64,000 nt of DNA from Synechococcus sp. (lineage in GTDB: Bacteria > Cyanobacteriota > Cyanobacteriia > Thermostichales > PCC-7336), in assembly GCA_051439425.1 (NCBI GenBank), contig JBFRWD010000094.1, positions 1 through 64,000 of the forward strand. Reading direction: 5' to 3'. Under the pieces are notes generated by a model. It ran no database searches, was not told the DNA's origin, and was given only the letters and a program-made list of their open reading frames with translations. How positions within the stretch are numbered: position 1 is the stretch's first letter; each line of letters opens with the position of its first letter. A program made the translations under genes and the position numbers. This document shows, in pieces, positions 10,288 through 21,029 of the stretch.

Positions 10288-11754
10288 TTACCAGCCTTCC
10301 ATTTTGGGTAGGGAGATAGCCTCTGGTGCTTGAGGTTCAGGTCTTGTGCGTGTGGATGTCTCGCCATTCAAGTTATGGATGGCATGGGTCAGATCGCCAA
10401 CCCCTCCACCGACTGTAACAATACGAGTCTTGAGTTGTTTGGCTAGTTCTATCTGCGTGAAATCATCCAGGAATTTCTCGCCATCTTTGAGTGTGACGGA
10501 TGGGAGGAGCAAGACTTCTCCGCAGGGTCGATCTTGAGATTGGAGAGCAGACAAGATATCGCTGCCGGTGAGCAGCCCCGTCACGGTCATTGGCTGGCCC
10601 CAAAATTCGCTGGAGATCGCCACCATGCGAAAGTCAAGATTTTCCACTTGGTTGAAGCGATCGACAATCGGCTGAAAGGCTAAACCGACGGCGTTACCTA
10701 CCACCCAAGTAACACTTACAGGACGTTCCAATCGCTCGGGCAAATCGATAGAGGCAGCGTCAAAATCCTGTAAAAACTGACGAATCGAACCCACCCCATT
10801 CCCGATCTGCGGGTAGTCTTCGTAGTGCTCTGGTGGAGGTAAGTCTCGTCCGGCGATCAGATACCATTCATCTGCTAACCAAGCAAAGGTGGTGCCCATA
10901 TCGGAACGAAACCGTGCCTGCAAGGCTTCTACTTGGTCAATCACCGCGATCGCCGTTTCGCGCTCAACGGGCGTAATTTCATCATCGGGTGGGCGAAAGC
11001 GGGTCAGCCCCACCGGAACAACGGCAGCCGACAGGACGGTCGGTATATCCGATTCGAACTCATTCTCTTGTTCAGACGATGCGTTTGCCTCACTGCGTGT
11101 TTTTACGTGAAACTTGGCTAGGTCCAGGAGTGTCGTTGTGAGATGGTCGCCATCATTCCATCCCGGACACAACACTACTTGGGCATGAATTTGCAGGTGA
11201 TGCTCTCGAAACCAGTCCAGTTGCTGCAGTATTAATGCTGCGCGCGGGTTTTTCAGCAGGCGAGAGCGAATGTCCGGTTCGGTGGCGTGAACGGATACGA
11301 ACAAGGGAGACAAGCGCATGCGGGAAATTCTCTCCCACTCTGACTCCGGCAAGTTGGTCAGGGTGAGATAGCTGCCGTAGAGGAAGCTGAGGCGATAATC
11401 GTCGTCTTTGAGATGCAACGTCGCTCGGGTTTCGGGAGGTTGCTGGTCGATAAAGCAAAACGGGCAGGCATTGTTGCATTGGATAAGACCGTCAAATAGA
11501 GCGGTTTCGAACTCCAGCCCCAGATCGTCGTCCCAATCTTTCTCGAACTCCACAACATGTTGGCGATCGCTTGCATCCAGCACTTCCAACGTTAGGTACT
11601 CATCTGCGATCGCAAACTGATAGTCGATTAAATCCCGCAGGATTTGCCCGTTGACCGAGACTAGGCGATCGCCCGGTTCAAATCCTAATTCTTCGGCGAT
11701 CGATCCCGGCAATACGCGACTGATTCGAGCAGGTTGGATAGCAGAGCGAGACAT
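10288..11754 (-). CDS. PDZ + radical SAM-like Fe-S protein (TIGR03279/DUF512 type)
   Basis: N-terminal PDZ-like region, CNNACPFCFIDQQP, KDDDYRLSFLYGSY.TLTN. Confidence 0.88.
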   Translation of the reverse strand: MSRSAIQPARISRVLPGSIAEELGFEPGDRLVSVNGQILRDLIDYQFAIADEYLTLEVLDASDRQHVVEFEKDWDDDLGLEFETALFDGLIQCNNACPFCFIDQQPPETRATLHLKDDDYRLSFLYGSYLTLTNLPESEWERISRMRLSPLFVSVHATEPDIRSRLLKNPRAALILQQLDWFREHHLQIHAQVVLCPGWNDGDHLTTTLLDLAKFHVKTRSEANASSEQENEFESDIPTVLSAAVVPVGLTRFRPPDDEITPVERETAIAVIDQVEALQARFRSDMGTTFAWLADEWYLIAGRDLPPPEHYEDYPQIGNGVGSIRQFLQDFDAASIDLPERLERPVSVTWVVGNAVGLAFQPIVDRFNQVENLDFRMVAISSEFWGQPMTVTGLLTGSDILSALQSQDRPCGEVLLLPSVTLKDGEKFLDDFTQIELAKQLKTRIVTVGGGVGDLTHAIHNLNGETSTRTRPEPQAPEAISLPKMEGW

Positions 11755-11927
11755 TGGAAATCGGTTTGAAGCATTGGGAGTGCGTGGCTGCTACCAGGAG
11801 AACACTTTCAACCGGAGCACCAACTCTGTCCTTATCTAACCTCATTCACACCATCATCTGTCATCTCTCTTATCGGCAATATCACCAACGCCTATAATTG
11901 AGGCGATCCTTCGCATAACCCGGTACT

Positions 11928-13178
11928 GTGACCCAGACTCCCATTGCTCCCTCTGCAACGACCTCCCTTGGTGCCCGTCCCGATGCCTTGGGACGATTCG
12001 GTCAATTTGGTGGCAAGTACGTTCCCGAAACGTTAATGAGTGCTCTGACGGAGTTAGAGCAGGCGTTTCACCAGTATCAGAACGACAGCGAGTTTCAGGC
12101 GGAGCTGGAAGGGTTGCTGAAGGATTACGTCGGTCGTCCCAGTCCGCTGTATTTTGCAGAACGTCTGACTCAGCATTACGGTGGCGCTCAGATTTACCTG
12201 AAGCGGGAAGACCTCAACCATACCGGCGCCCACAAAATTAATAACGCGCTGGCCCAGGCCTTGCTGGCCATCCGCATGGGTAAGAAGCGCATTATTGCCG
12301 AGACTGGTGCCGGTCAGCATGGTGTGGCAACAGCTACTGTCTGTGCGCGATTCGGTTTGGAATGTGTCATTTATATGGGCCGTCTGGATATGGAGCGCCA
12401 GTCTCCGAATGTGGCCCGCATGAAATTACTTGGCGCCGAAGTTCGCGCAGTTGACGCCGGTACCAAAACCCTGAAAGAAGCTACATCCGAAGCAATTCGC
12501 GATTGGGTGACTAACGTTGAAACCACCCACTACATCATCGGCTCTGTTGCGGGGCCTCACCCCTATCCCATGATGGTGCGCGAATTCCATGACTGCATTG
12601 GACAGGAAGCCAAGCAGCAGTGCTTGGAGAAATGGGGGGGACTTCCCGATGTGTTGCTTGCCTGTGTGGGGGGTGGCTCGAACGCGATCGGCCTGTTCAA
12701 CGCATTTTTGGAAGATTCGTCAGTGCGCATCATCGGTGTGGAAGCGGCAGGTGACGGAGCCGATACCGATCATCACGCAGCAACATTGACTCGTGGCCAG
12801 GTAGGGGTCCTGCACGGTGCGATGAGCTATTTGCTCCAGGATGATGATGGTCAAGTGCGGGAAGCACATTCGATTAGTGCTGGTTTGGATTATCCCGGCG
12901 TTGGCCCCGAGCATAGCTACTTAAAGGATATTGGTCGAGCGGAATATTACAGCGCTACCGACGTTGATGCCGTAAAAGCTGTGATTCGCTTGTCTAAGCT
13001 GGAAGGAATTATTCCGGCTCTGGAAACTGCGCACGCGATCGCATACCTAGAAACCCTGGCTCCACAGCTAAGTAGCGATACCCGTATTGTCCTCAACTGC
13101 TCTGGTCGCGGTGACAAAGACCTCGCTTCTGTGCAGCGCTTCCTCGACAAGCACCCCGAACTTCTGAACGAGGTCTAA
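11928..13178 (+). CDS. trpB: tryptophan synthase beta subunit
   Basis: [41 protein letters not shown]. Confidence 0.97.
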   Translation: MTQTPIAPSATTSLGARPDALGRFGQFGGKYVPETLMSALTELEQAFHQYQNDSEFQAELEGLLKDYVGRPSPLYFAERLTQHYGGAQIYLKREDLNHTGAHKINNALAQALLAIRMGKKRIIAETGAGQHGVATATVCARFGLECVIYMGRLDMERQSPNVARMKLLGAEVRAVDAGTKTLKEATSEAIRDWVTNVETTHYIIGSVAGPHPYPMMVREFHDCIGQEAKQQCLEKWGGLPDVLLACVGGGSNAIGLFNAFLEDSSVRIIGVEAAGDGADTDHHAATLTRGQVGVLHGAMSYLLQDDDGQVREAHSISAGLDYPGVGPEHSYLKDIGRAEYYSATDVDAVKAVIRLSKLEGIIPALETAHAIAYLETLAPQLSSDTRIVLNCSGRGDKDLASVQRFLDKHPELLNEV

Positions 13179-13203
13179 ACTTTCAACTGTCAGAGCTACT
13201 TTA

Positions 13204-13232
13204 AAGGTCACCCGGCATTTCACGGGTGGCCT
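13204..13232. terminator. hairpin between convergent trpB and cbiX
   Basis: Stem-loop aaggtcacccg-gcatttca-cgggtggcctt. Confidence 0.5.
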
Positions 13233-13261
13233 TGAATACTCAGTCCCCAAATGGTCTGCAA

Positions 13262-14212
13262 CTAGGGAACCGTCCAAATCCGCTGGTGATAGTCTGATTC
13301 CTGGGCATAAGGGTCGATGGCTGAAGTGTGATGGTGATGGCCATGGCCATGGCTGTGGTGATGATGACCGTGATGCTGGTGACCTGGTCCTGCTGACTCG
13401 CTGGCAGCAATGCGGAACTTACACAATTGGCAATTCATCTGAATTTGCCCCGACTGCGCTTCCCGCTCCCGTTCGTATAGCGACTGCAACACGGCTGGAG
13501 AAATGCCCAGTTCGGGTAGGCATACGATGTCCGTCTCAGGATGGGCGGCATTGCGAACTGTTGCAGCCGCCTGAATTTTCTTCACTAAGACGCCAGTAAA
13601 CAGAAAGTACGGCAGCACCAAAATCCGCTTGGGATTCATCATGAGGGCGCGATCGAATCCCACCTCTAGCCGAGGGTGGGTAATGCCAATAAAACAGATA
13701 TCAACCGACCGATATCCACTCCCCTCCCACACCAATCGCCCCAGCTTGCACGCTTCGCCATTTGCCTCCGGGTCGCTGGAGCCGCGTCCTACAAACAAGA
13801 GGCTGGTGTCAGCCTTATCCACTGGGGATAGAGCCTGCTCGGCAGTCTGTAAGCTCTGTTTGAGTTCGTCCAACAGAGAGAGCGTGATCCCCAGCGGGGC
13901 TCCGTAATGGAATGTGATGTGGGGGTACTGGCGATGGAGGGCATCCAGTTCGTTGGTGATGTCGAATTTATTGTGGCGAGCCCCAAATAGCAACACGGGT
14001 AGAGCGACTAAGTTGGTGTAGCCCAAGCGATCGCATTCGGCGACTCCATCAGCGATCGTCGGTTCGGTCAGCTCCAAAAAGCAAGGAATCACCGGTCGGC
14101 GACGATCCACTTCTGCAAATGCTGCAGCCAGATCGAGCAGAGCCTGACGACCATCGGCATCTCTGGAACCATGACCAATCAGTAATACCGGTAATGGCTG
14201 GGCCTCCTGCAT
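13262..14212 (-). CDS. cbiX: sirohydrochlorin cobaltochelatase CbiX (long form)
   Basis: IGHGSRD, CFLELTEP, GRGSSDPEAN, MNCQLCKFR and a His-rich C-terminus. Start taken at MQEAQ. Confidence 0.9.
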   Translation of the reverse strand: MQEAQPLPVLLIGHGSRDADGRQALLDLAAAFAEVDRRRPVIPCFLELTEPTIADGVAECDRLGYTNLVALPVLLFGARHNKFDITNELDALHRQYPHITFHYGAPLGITLSLLDELKQSLQTAEQALSPVDKADTSLLFVGRGSSDPEANGEACKLGRLVWEGSGYRSVDICFIGITHPRLEVGFDRALMMNPKRILVLPYFLFTGVLVKKIQAAATVRNAAHPETDIVCLPELGISPAVLQSLYEREREAQSGQIQMNCQLCKFRIAASESAGPGHQHHGHHHHSHGHGHHHHTSAIDPYAQESDYHQRIWTVP

Positions 14213-14351
14213 GGCCTTGTCGCTAACCGCCAAGCTGCGTTCTTGGAGCTTGTATTTGGATGCTGTCAAATCAACCTCGCAACCCGAATGCAATACAACT
14301 ATGCGAACTAGCGCCGATCCCTCAATGCCAGAGCACCGCCGCTGGAGCGGT

Positions 14352-15182
14352 CTACTCTGTTGCCAGCGTCTGACGACAGTGACCTTCCCCGACGTGCCCC
14401 AATCCTGCCAGGGCTTCGGTCAGTAAGAGGAAATTCTCCGGGGAAAGTTCGGATTCTAGCGTCGCCAAAGTAGCTTCAACCCGACCTTCTGAAGCTAACT
14501 CTGCCAGCGGTTGAAAGCCTACAGCTCCTGTATTGATTGGGTCATCTGCGGCGGCTTCGCCATCTCCAAAGAGATGGTCAAAATGTAATGTTGCTTCGAC
14601 ATCTGCCACGCCTCCAGGCGACACGATGCCCTTGCGCTCGTCCCCCACAAAATCTCCACAGACATAGGCATACTCGCGATCGAATTCCAGTACGAAGGGC
14701 AATGTGATACCTTCTTTTGCGGCAGTCCCTACCAGTACCATTACCTGACCAGCCGCTGTGCCCGATGTTGCCTGCACCATATTCCAACTCAGTGCGTTGT
14801 ATCGTCCGGCCGGGACTGATAATTCTGCGATCGCTACTGGCTCTGCATCCTCGCCCCCTTCAGCCAGATCGACCGTCACAATGTTGTCTACCGACATCGC
14901 AATATCGGCCTGTGGTTGTTCATCTGCGTCTGGATCGAATGGAGGATCGCTCTGATAAGCGGTGACATCGGCAAAGTTGACGAATAGATGCTCGAAGTCA
15001 ATTTGCCAGCCGTCTTTGGACACGAACCCTTGGCGGACAAAGTCTTCTCCATTGGCTCGAAGCTGCAACGTTCCATCTTCTGCGGCAACAGCGGGGAGGG
15101 AGATCGCTAAACCGACAGACAGAGAGCCTGCCAGTGCTGTGGTTGTGGCCAACCGCCACCAGTCAAAAGTACGAAGTGTCAT
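14352..15182 (-). CDS. secreted acidic protein, DUF4382-like
   Basis: Signal peptide (..LPAVAA), ANGEDFVRQGFVSKDGW, TLHFDHLFGDG, C-terminal GHVGEGHC. Confidence 0.65.
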   Translation of the reverse strand: MTLRTFDWWRLATTTALAGSLSVGLAISLPAVAAEDGTLQLRANGEDFVRQGFVSKDGWQIDFEHLFVNFADVTAYQSDPPFDPDADEQPQADIAMSVDNIVTVDLAEGGEDAEPVAIAELSVPAGRYNALSWNMVQATSGTAAGQVMVLVGTAAKEGITLPFVLEFDREYAYVCGDFVGDERKGIVSPGGVADVEATLHFDHLFGDGEAAADDPINTGAVGFQPLAELASEGRVEATLATLESELSPENFLLLTEALAGLGHVGEGHCRQTLATE

Positions 15183-15485
15183 ATCAATGTGTCTGTTCCA
15201 CAAACTAGTCCAATCGCACCAACAACCTCTGGCTTCAACAATCCCCGGAGAGGGGATTTTGTTTCGCTGAATGTTTACGAAAATCTAAATTTGTCTGAGC
15301 CTCGCTAGGCTGACGCCGCGATCCAAACCGCATTTGAAATTGAGACTGTCCCTTGCGTCTGTGGTGTAGCCCCTTTGACGCCGTCACCACCATTCCTCAT
15401 AATTACCAATGGCTTTGCGCCACGTATTGGGCGAGCTTCGAGCCGCTAATCCTTCTAACCATCTCCAACACAGAGGTATGCAATC

Positions 15486-15995
15486 GTGATCGATCTGTCT
15501 CGCATTCCCGCTCAACCCGAGCCCGGTCTCCTAAACGTGCTCATCGAAATTACTGGCGGCAGCAAAAACAAGTACGAGTTTGATAAGGATATGGGGGCTA
15601 TGATCCTCGATCGGGTCCTGTTCTCTTCCGTTCAGTACCCTTACGACTACGGCTTTGTGCCCAACACTCTGGCCGATGATGGCGATCCCCTGGACGGCAT
15701 GGTCATCATGGATGAGCCTACTTTCGCAGGTTGTGTCATTGCTGCTCGTCCCATCGGCATGCTGGAAATGATTGACGGTGGCGATCGCGACGAGAAAATC
15801 CTCTGCGTTCCGGCTGAAGATCCGCGCTATGCAGACGTGAAGAGCCTGGAAGATATTGCTCAGCACCGTCTGGACGAGATCGCTGAGTTCTTCGCCACCT
15901 ACAAGCGCTTGGAGAAGAAAGAAACCGAAATTCTGGGTTGGAAAGGTCTAGATGCCACTCAAGCAGTGATTGCCGAGTGCGTCAAAGCAGGTTAA
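15486..15995 (+). CDS. ppa: inorganic pyrophosphatase
   Basis: [36 protein letters not shown]. Confidence 0.96.
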   Translation: MIDLSRIPAQPEPGLLNVLIEITGGSKNKYEFDKDMGAMILDRVLFSSVQYPYDYGFVPNTLADDGDPLDGMVIMDEPTFAGCVIAARPIGMLEMIDGGDRDEKILCVPAEDPRYADVKSLEDIAQHRLDEIAEFFATYKRLEKKETEILGWKGLDATQAVIAECVKAG

Positions 15996-17056
15996 TCAAT
16001 CTCTGTCATATCCGGTAATTCTGTCATATCCGGTAATACAGACTGGAGGGAGATTCCCGCTTTGTGAGCGGTGATGAGGCCAACGGCTTCTAGATACGAA
16101 TTCACAGTGACAGCAGGAATCCCAATTGACTCGGGAGACACCTTCATTACGGAGGTGTTTTCTTTTACGGCAATAAACAGTGGGGGGTTGGGTCGAGATG
16201 CTAAGTGCAGCAGTGCAGGGCTACCAAACGCGGTTGCAGGGGCAATAGCCACGTCAATCTCTGCTGCTGACACAACTTCTGAGGCTCGTTTCTTGGAGGG
16301 CACAAATTGGGGAGCGTAACTTAACCCAGCCAACACTGATGGTAAAAATGTAAAACCAACTTCTTCAGCAGCGGCGCGATCTCCAACAACTGTCGGTTCC
16401 TCTTCAACTTGCAATGCCGGAGCATGAGCGCACGGACAACCAAACTCTCGCACCACAAGGTGACTCAAAATCGCTTCCACCCCAGCGAGGGGATCGACAC
16501 CAACTCCTTGGCTGTATTCGCTGAAGTCTAGGTCGTCTGGGAAGCGCGCCACAATGGCGATCGCCTCCGCCCCTTGTTCCAAGAGATGTCTTGCCGCATC
16601 CAACAATGCTTGCGGTTCGGCCAATGTCCCGCAACTGGCTCCAGAGGGGGCTTTCGTGACCCGCACGCCAAGGGGCAAGCGTGTCGTTGCCTCGGCGAAA
16701 ATATTCAATCCCAATGTTGCCTTAGCTGCCTGTATGACTTGACGGTGTCGCAGTAATAAATTGGGTTCGATTCCCGCATCCAGCACTACACCCACCCGAT
16801 TCTGGCGGACTGGACGCAGATCCCATTGCCCCTGACAAAAGCGATCGAGACCGTAGCCTTCGACGTACAGAACGTTGGGCATGGGCCAAAACAGTGTTGC
16901 CCCATTCAACACATTAGGATGGGTGACTAGACAATCGACAGTTGCAGACAGAGTGCGGGCGATCGGTAATGCATCTCCAGCAAAGCCTCCTACTGTTGCC
17001 CCCACCCCAGTTGGAATGAGCATAAGCGCACAATAGGTAGGCTTCAGCATGGCCAA
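15992..17056 (-). CDS. DUF3326 domain protein
   Basis: [47 protein letters not shown]. Confidence 0.85.
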   Translation of the reverse strand: MAMLKPTYCALMLIPTGVGATVGGFAGDALPIARTLSATVDCLVTHPNVLNGATLFWPMPNVLYVEGYGLDRFCQGQWDLRPVRQNRVGVVLDAGIEPNLLLRHRQVIQAAKATLGLNIFAEATTRLPLGVRVTKAPSGASCGTLAEPQALLDAARHLLEQGAEAIAIVARFPDDLDFSEYSQGVGVDPLAGVEAILSHLVVREFGCPCAHAPALQVEEEPTVVGDRAAAEEVGFTFLPSVLAGLSYAPQFVPSKKRASEVVSAAEIDVAIAPATAFGSPALLHLASRPNPPLFIAVKENTSVMKVSPESIGIPAVTVNSYLEAVGLITAHKAGISLQSVLPDMTELPDMTEID

Positions 17057-17206
17057 TCATCCGTCAGTATTGGTGGTAGACGTTAGACAGAACGACTCCA
17101 CCGCTACGTAATACTAGGTTGTTATGAAAACGGCTTGACGTTTGGGTTTGCCGATAACGGCTCACCAAAATAGCCACTCTAGTCAGACATCGAGAGCGGA
17201 CGGCTA

Positions 17207-17452
17207 CTAGTGAGTGGCCACGATTTCCACCGTGATGACACGCTTTGATTCACATGCGGAGGTAACCGCCCACCTTAGGAGGTTTGCGGTAGGCAGCTGT
17301 TGTCGAACAGTCTCTAAAATCAGGCGATCCCAGTTGACCGGCACATCCTCGGTTATATCTTCAAGCTCAATCTTGTCGGGAAATGGCTCGATATGTAAAC
17401 GATTTCGAATGTCCTGAAGAGGTAACTCCAGCTCTAGAAATGTGAGAGTCAA
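17207..17452 (-). CDS. small hypothetical protein
   Basis: TTG start with AGGGAG just upstream, 5 nt after the ferredoxin stop. Contains LRWAVT...VEIV. Confidence 0.6.
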   Translation of the reverse strand: MTLTFLELELPLQDIRNRLHIEPFPDKIELEDITEDVPVNWDRLILETVRQQLPTANLLRWAVTSACESKRVITVEIVATH

Positions 17453-17457
17453 TCTCC

Positions 17458-17772
17458 CTACTTGCCGAATTGCATGTCGTAAACTTCGTCCTCTTTTCCG
17501 GCTTCGATCTCCATATCCGACTTGGCATAGCCAATGCAGATCAAGGAATAGCCCTTCTCTTGGACCTCAGGGCTGATCCCAGCCCCTTCTGATTGATCGA
17601 TGTCGCCAGAGATGATCTTGACCGCACAAGTGGTGCACACGCCGGCATAACAAGACGCCGGTAGACTCAAGCCAGCATCCTCGGCGGCCTGCAGGACAGT
17701 CTTACCTTCCGGGACGGTGACTGTCTCGGTTTTGCCTTCGAAGTGGACAATTACAGAATGCGCTTCGCTCAT
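17458..17772 (-). CDS. 2Fe-2S plant-type ferredoxin (minor, FdC-like C-terminus)
   Basis: SCYAGVCTTC...LIC and a C-terminal EDEVYDMQFG. Likely start MSEAH at 17772. Confidence 0.9.
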   Translation of the reverse strand: MSEAHSVIVHFEGKTETVTVPEGKTVLQAAEDAGLSLPASCYAGVCTTCAVKIISGDIDQSEGAGISPEVQEKGYSLICIGYAKSDMEIEAGKEDEVYDMQFGK

Positions 17773-17873
17773 GCAGTCAATTCCAACAGACTTAATCGTG
17801 TTTCGTACAGGCTTACAGACCTGAGAATCAGGCCTAATTCCGTAACGGGTCAAGCGTGTAAGCCATATTCAGA

Positions 17874-18122
17874 TTACACTTCAACCGTTTCGCTCGCGTC
17901 TTCCGTTAAGTTGCTAGGTTTGCGGCATTGCTTGACCGTTGCTTCGATTCCGGATGCACCTTCGGCCTCTAGATCGGAAACGTAGCCTGGCTTGCTCTCT
18001 TCTGCCTCAGATTGGCGCAGAAAAGGACCAAAGTAATACGTGCATTTCGGCTGACTCGTTTTTACTACGACCCAATGGGCCAAACCCAGTGCGTCAAACA
18101 CACCCGTTAACAGACCATTCAT
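17874..18122 (-). CDS. DUF1816 family protein
   Basis: W..VKT.QP.CTYYFGPF...EAE...PGYV.DL..EGA. Confidence 0.88.
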   Translation of the reverse strand: MNGLLTGVFDALGLAHWVVVKTSQPKCTYYFGPFLRQSEAEESKPGYVSDLEAEGASGIEATVKQCRKPSNLTEDASETVEV

Positions 18123-18243
18123 TCAGACGTCCCCCGACGCACAGCTTTCAGTTAGGTACGCATGGTGCAGGCAGACCCCACCCAGTGCTCTTTCTCCAAT
18201 AAGAGACACATTCGTGAAAATATGTCACTTTTGTAAAGTTATA

Positions 18244-19290
18244 TCACTGGGGTAATTCTAGTGTCTTTTGCAAGCGTTGGCGGTTGATTTCTGACAAAAT
18301 CATGCCGGTTGCCACAGAAGCATTCAAGCTTTCTGTCTTCCCCGCCATCGGGATCGACAGTAAGAAGTCGCAGGTATTTTCCACTCGCAAGGCTAACCCC
18401 TTGCCTTCTGAACCTACCACCACTGCCGTTGGGCCAGAGAATTTTGTGGAGTAGAGGGTTTTGTCTCCGCTGGTACTGGTTCCGTAAATCCAGAATCCAG
18501 CCTCTTTCAGAGCTTCGATCGCTCGCGTCAAATTGACTTCTCGGGCGATCGGCAATGATTCTAGTGCTCCTGCTGCCACTTTCATCACCGTAGAGGTGAC
18601 TCCAACTGCTCTACGTTGGGGGACGATCAATCCATGCCCGCCCATCGCTTCGGTTGTCCGGGCGATCGCGCCTAAGTTATGCGGGTCTTGAATACCATCG
18701 GCTACCACCAAAAGGGGATCGCTTTTGGCAGCTAGTGCTGTCTCAATCAAAGATTGCAAGTCTTCGTAGACAAATGGTGCTGCCTGAGCCGCGATGCCTT
18801 GGTGTTTTCCACCATTAGTGATGGAACTTAGCCGGTGCATCGGGACTTCGTCAATCACCGCCCCCTTAGACTTGGCTTTCTCCAAGCGATTATGGAATTT
18901 AGCGTTGTAACGTACCTGAGGTGTGACCCAAATTTTATTCAGGGTGCGGCCTTCTTCTAAGGCTGCCAGGACGGCGTGACGCCCAAACACCAGATCGGGA
19001 GATTCATCCTCTACTGGTTGTGTTACGGCTCGCTCGTCCTGAATAGTGCGTTCGGATGTCCCCTTTCGCAACTGAGGACGCTCTGAGGGGGAGGACGTAG
19101 CATTGCGAGGCCCGCGTCGTCTGGAGTTGCTGCGGTCTTCTCCCCTGCGCCGGTCGCGATTGATTTGTCCCCAGCGAGATTTTGCTTTGGGTCGTTGGCC
19201 GCTACGCTGACCATCGGACTTCTTGCCATGTGGTTTGCGGCTACTCGAATTGCGATTATCGGATCTGCGCTGGGGCCGTTCGGTAGACAT
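18244..19290 (-). CDS. rlmB: 23S rRNA (guanosine-2'-O)-methyltransferase RlmB
   Basis: HQGIAA, DPHNLGAIAR, GSEGKGL, ESLNASVA (SPOUT motifs), with an Arg-rich N-terminal tail. Confidence 0.93.
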   Translation of the reverse strand: MSTERPQRRSDNRNSSSRKPHGKKSDGQRSGQRPKAKSRWGQINRDRRRGEDRSNSRRRGPRNATSSPSERPQLRKGTSERTIQDERAVTQPVEDESPDLVFGRHAVLAALEEGRTLNKIWVTPQVRYNAKFHNRLEKAKSKGAVIDEVPMHRLSSITNGGKHQGIAAQAAPFVYEDLQSLIETALAAKSDPLLVVADGIQDPHNLGAIARTTEAMGGHGLIVPQRRAVGVTSTVMKVAAGALESLPIAREVNLTRAIEALKEAGFWIYGTSTSGDKTLYSTKFSGPTAVVVGSEGKGLALRVENTCDFLLSIPMAGKTESLNASVATGMILSEINRQRLQKTLELPQ

Positions 19291-19669
19291 AGTGAATCCA
19301 GGTAGAGGGAGTAGTCGGAAATAGGTGGCTGTAATGTTTAGCCCGATCGTTTGCCCTGGCTACATTCCTCAGCTCTGCAAAAATGCCCTACCGCTTGTTG
19401 AGGAGCGTTGGGAGAGAAGGACTAGCGTGGGACTATGAATAAGCTCGGGCAGCAATTCTACACTGCTTTGCCAGCCGAATCGCCGAAACCACTGGATTCG
19501 CTAATGCATGGCATATGGCTGTCGATGATTTTTTTTGGGTGGTGCGAGCGGGAGGATGTCCCGATTAGCGGTTGGTCAGGCTTGCGATGAGGGGAGTCAT
19601 CGAACGACCAATGCATTGCAGCAATTCTGAGTAAGGGCAAGTATCAAGCACTCCTACGCTGATAGAACT

Positions 19670-20101
19670 CTAGTCGCTCTCGCTGTTATTCGTTGATTCT
19701 GTGGCGCCGGACTCTGGATTAGAAAGGGTGGAATAGCGATCGCTGTCTGCCAAGATTGCGGCCAATCGTTGGGGATCGCTCAGATACAAGTACCCCAGTA
19801 GGGCTTCGAATCCGCTGGCCTGACGATAGGTTTGGGGATCGACGTTTTTGGGAATGCGACCGCACTGATTTTTCCCCCGCTGCACGATCGCGAGTTCTTT
19901 GGGGGATAGGCGATCGAGTAATGCTTGCAGAACAGTAGATTGAGACGTGGCTCTGACACGCTCGACTACTGCCCGGTGGTAGTCCTGTGTGCGCCGTGGG
20001 GGTTCGAGCAATAACCGACGAACATGAAGCTCGTAGACGGCATCTCCCAAATACGCTAATGCTGATGCCGACAGCCGCTTGATATCAGTAGCCAGCTCCA
20101 T
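19670..20101 (-). CDS. mrnC: Mini-ribonuclease III
   Basis: ALAYLGDAVYEL and YRQASGFEALLGYLYL. Lies next to rlmB. Confidence 0.92.
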   Translation of the reverse strand: MELATDIKRLSASALAYLGDAVYELHVRRLLLEPPRRTQDYHRAVVERVRATSQSTVLQALLDRLSPKELAIVQRGKNQCGRIPKNVDPQTYRQASGFEALLGYLYLSDPQRLAAILADSDRYSTLSNPESGATESTNNSESD

Positions 20102-20165
20102 GCAAAAGCCTCGCAAAGTCTACGCTTTCTTGGAATTGTGTTTGGTGGCCGCCTAATGCTGCACA

Positions 20166-20558
20166 TTAGTTGGGTACGGCTGCTATTGCCTCTTCTAATG
20201 TTTCGCGCAGAGGTAAGAACTTTTCGAGCCGAACGAGCTTAATAGATTGCACAACCCGGGGATTGCCAATAATCTGCAAACTTCCCGTACCTTCTATTTT
20301 TTTTGCAGTTTGAATCAGAACACCCAATCCCGAGCTGTCTAAGAAATCAATTCCTTTCATATCTAGGATGAGATGTTGAGATCCTTCCTCGAGCAGGCGA
20401 TCGAATTCTTTGCGCACGTTGGGTTCGGAAAATGCATCAAATTGTCCTGTGAGATGGACGATCTGACAGGAAGGACGCTGTTCGTAACTGCCGCGCAAAC
20501 TGACAGTTAAATTCATAGGGTCTGCGATGGGTCTAATCTCCTTCAGCGCTAGAGACAC
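20166..20558 (-). CDS. STAS-domain anti-sigma factor antagonist
   Basis: LTVSLRG, LTGQFDAFSEP, IDFLDSSGLGVL. Confidence 0.9.
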   Translation of the reverse strand: MSLALKEIRPIADPMNLTVSLRGSYEQRPSCQIVHLTGQFDAFSEPNVRKEFDRLLEEGSQHLILDMKGIDFLDSSGLGVLIQTAKKIEGTGSLQIIGNPRVVQSIKLVRLEKFLPLRETLEEAIAAVPN

Positions 20559-21029
20559 AGAACTCAGCGGAACGCATCTTCGCCCGCTGGGATGCTACTG
20601 GTGCCATCAGCTTACAGCAAACTTTTGGTGAAGCCAGTAGGCGATCCCGTACCCCTATTGTTCGGTCCGTTCGATGCCAGTTCCGTCGCAAATTCTTATG
20701 ACGAATGGAAGGCAGTTTTCGCAGTGGGATACGGAGGCTGAGAGCACTGTTTGGCGTAGAGATTTCAGCCCAATCAACGTGATTTTTGGCTACAGAAATC
20801 TATGGTGTTCATTGCCATAATTCCACCACTATTCCCCATCAGAGGTTCTAAGTTGTATCGGTTGGTCTGTGTTACTTGAAATGGCGATGTTTTGCTGCAA
20901 AGAGGAGACTTCGATCGTTCTGTAACTCTGAATCTACCAGCGCTGGGCTGAGGGATACGGCGCGGCTGGCCGGCCCTGCGGAGCCAAACTAACCGAGATA
21001 AGCTTGGAGTAACAGAAGTTGGCCATCTA

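Noticed and set aside
15204..15480. Cobalamin riboswitch upstream of the DUF4382-like gene and cbiX
   Set aside because: I could not find the conserved core (GGGAA...GCCCCCGCAACTGT, B12 box) on the minus strand.
16003..16037. 18-bp duplication at the DUF3326 3' end ([12 protein letters not shown])
   Set aside because: It looks like a simple slippage duplication in a terminal tail, with no sign of function.
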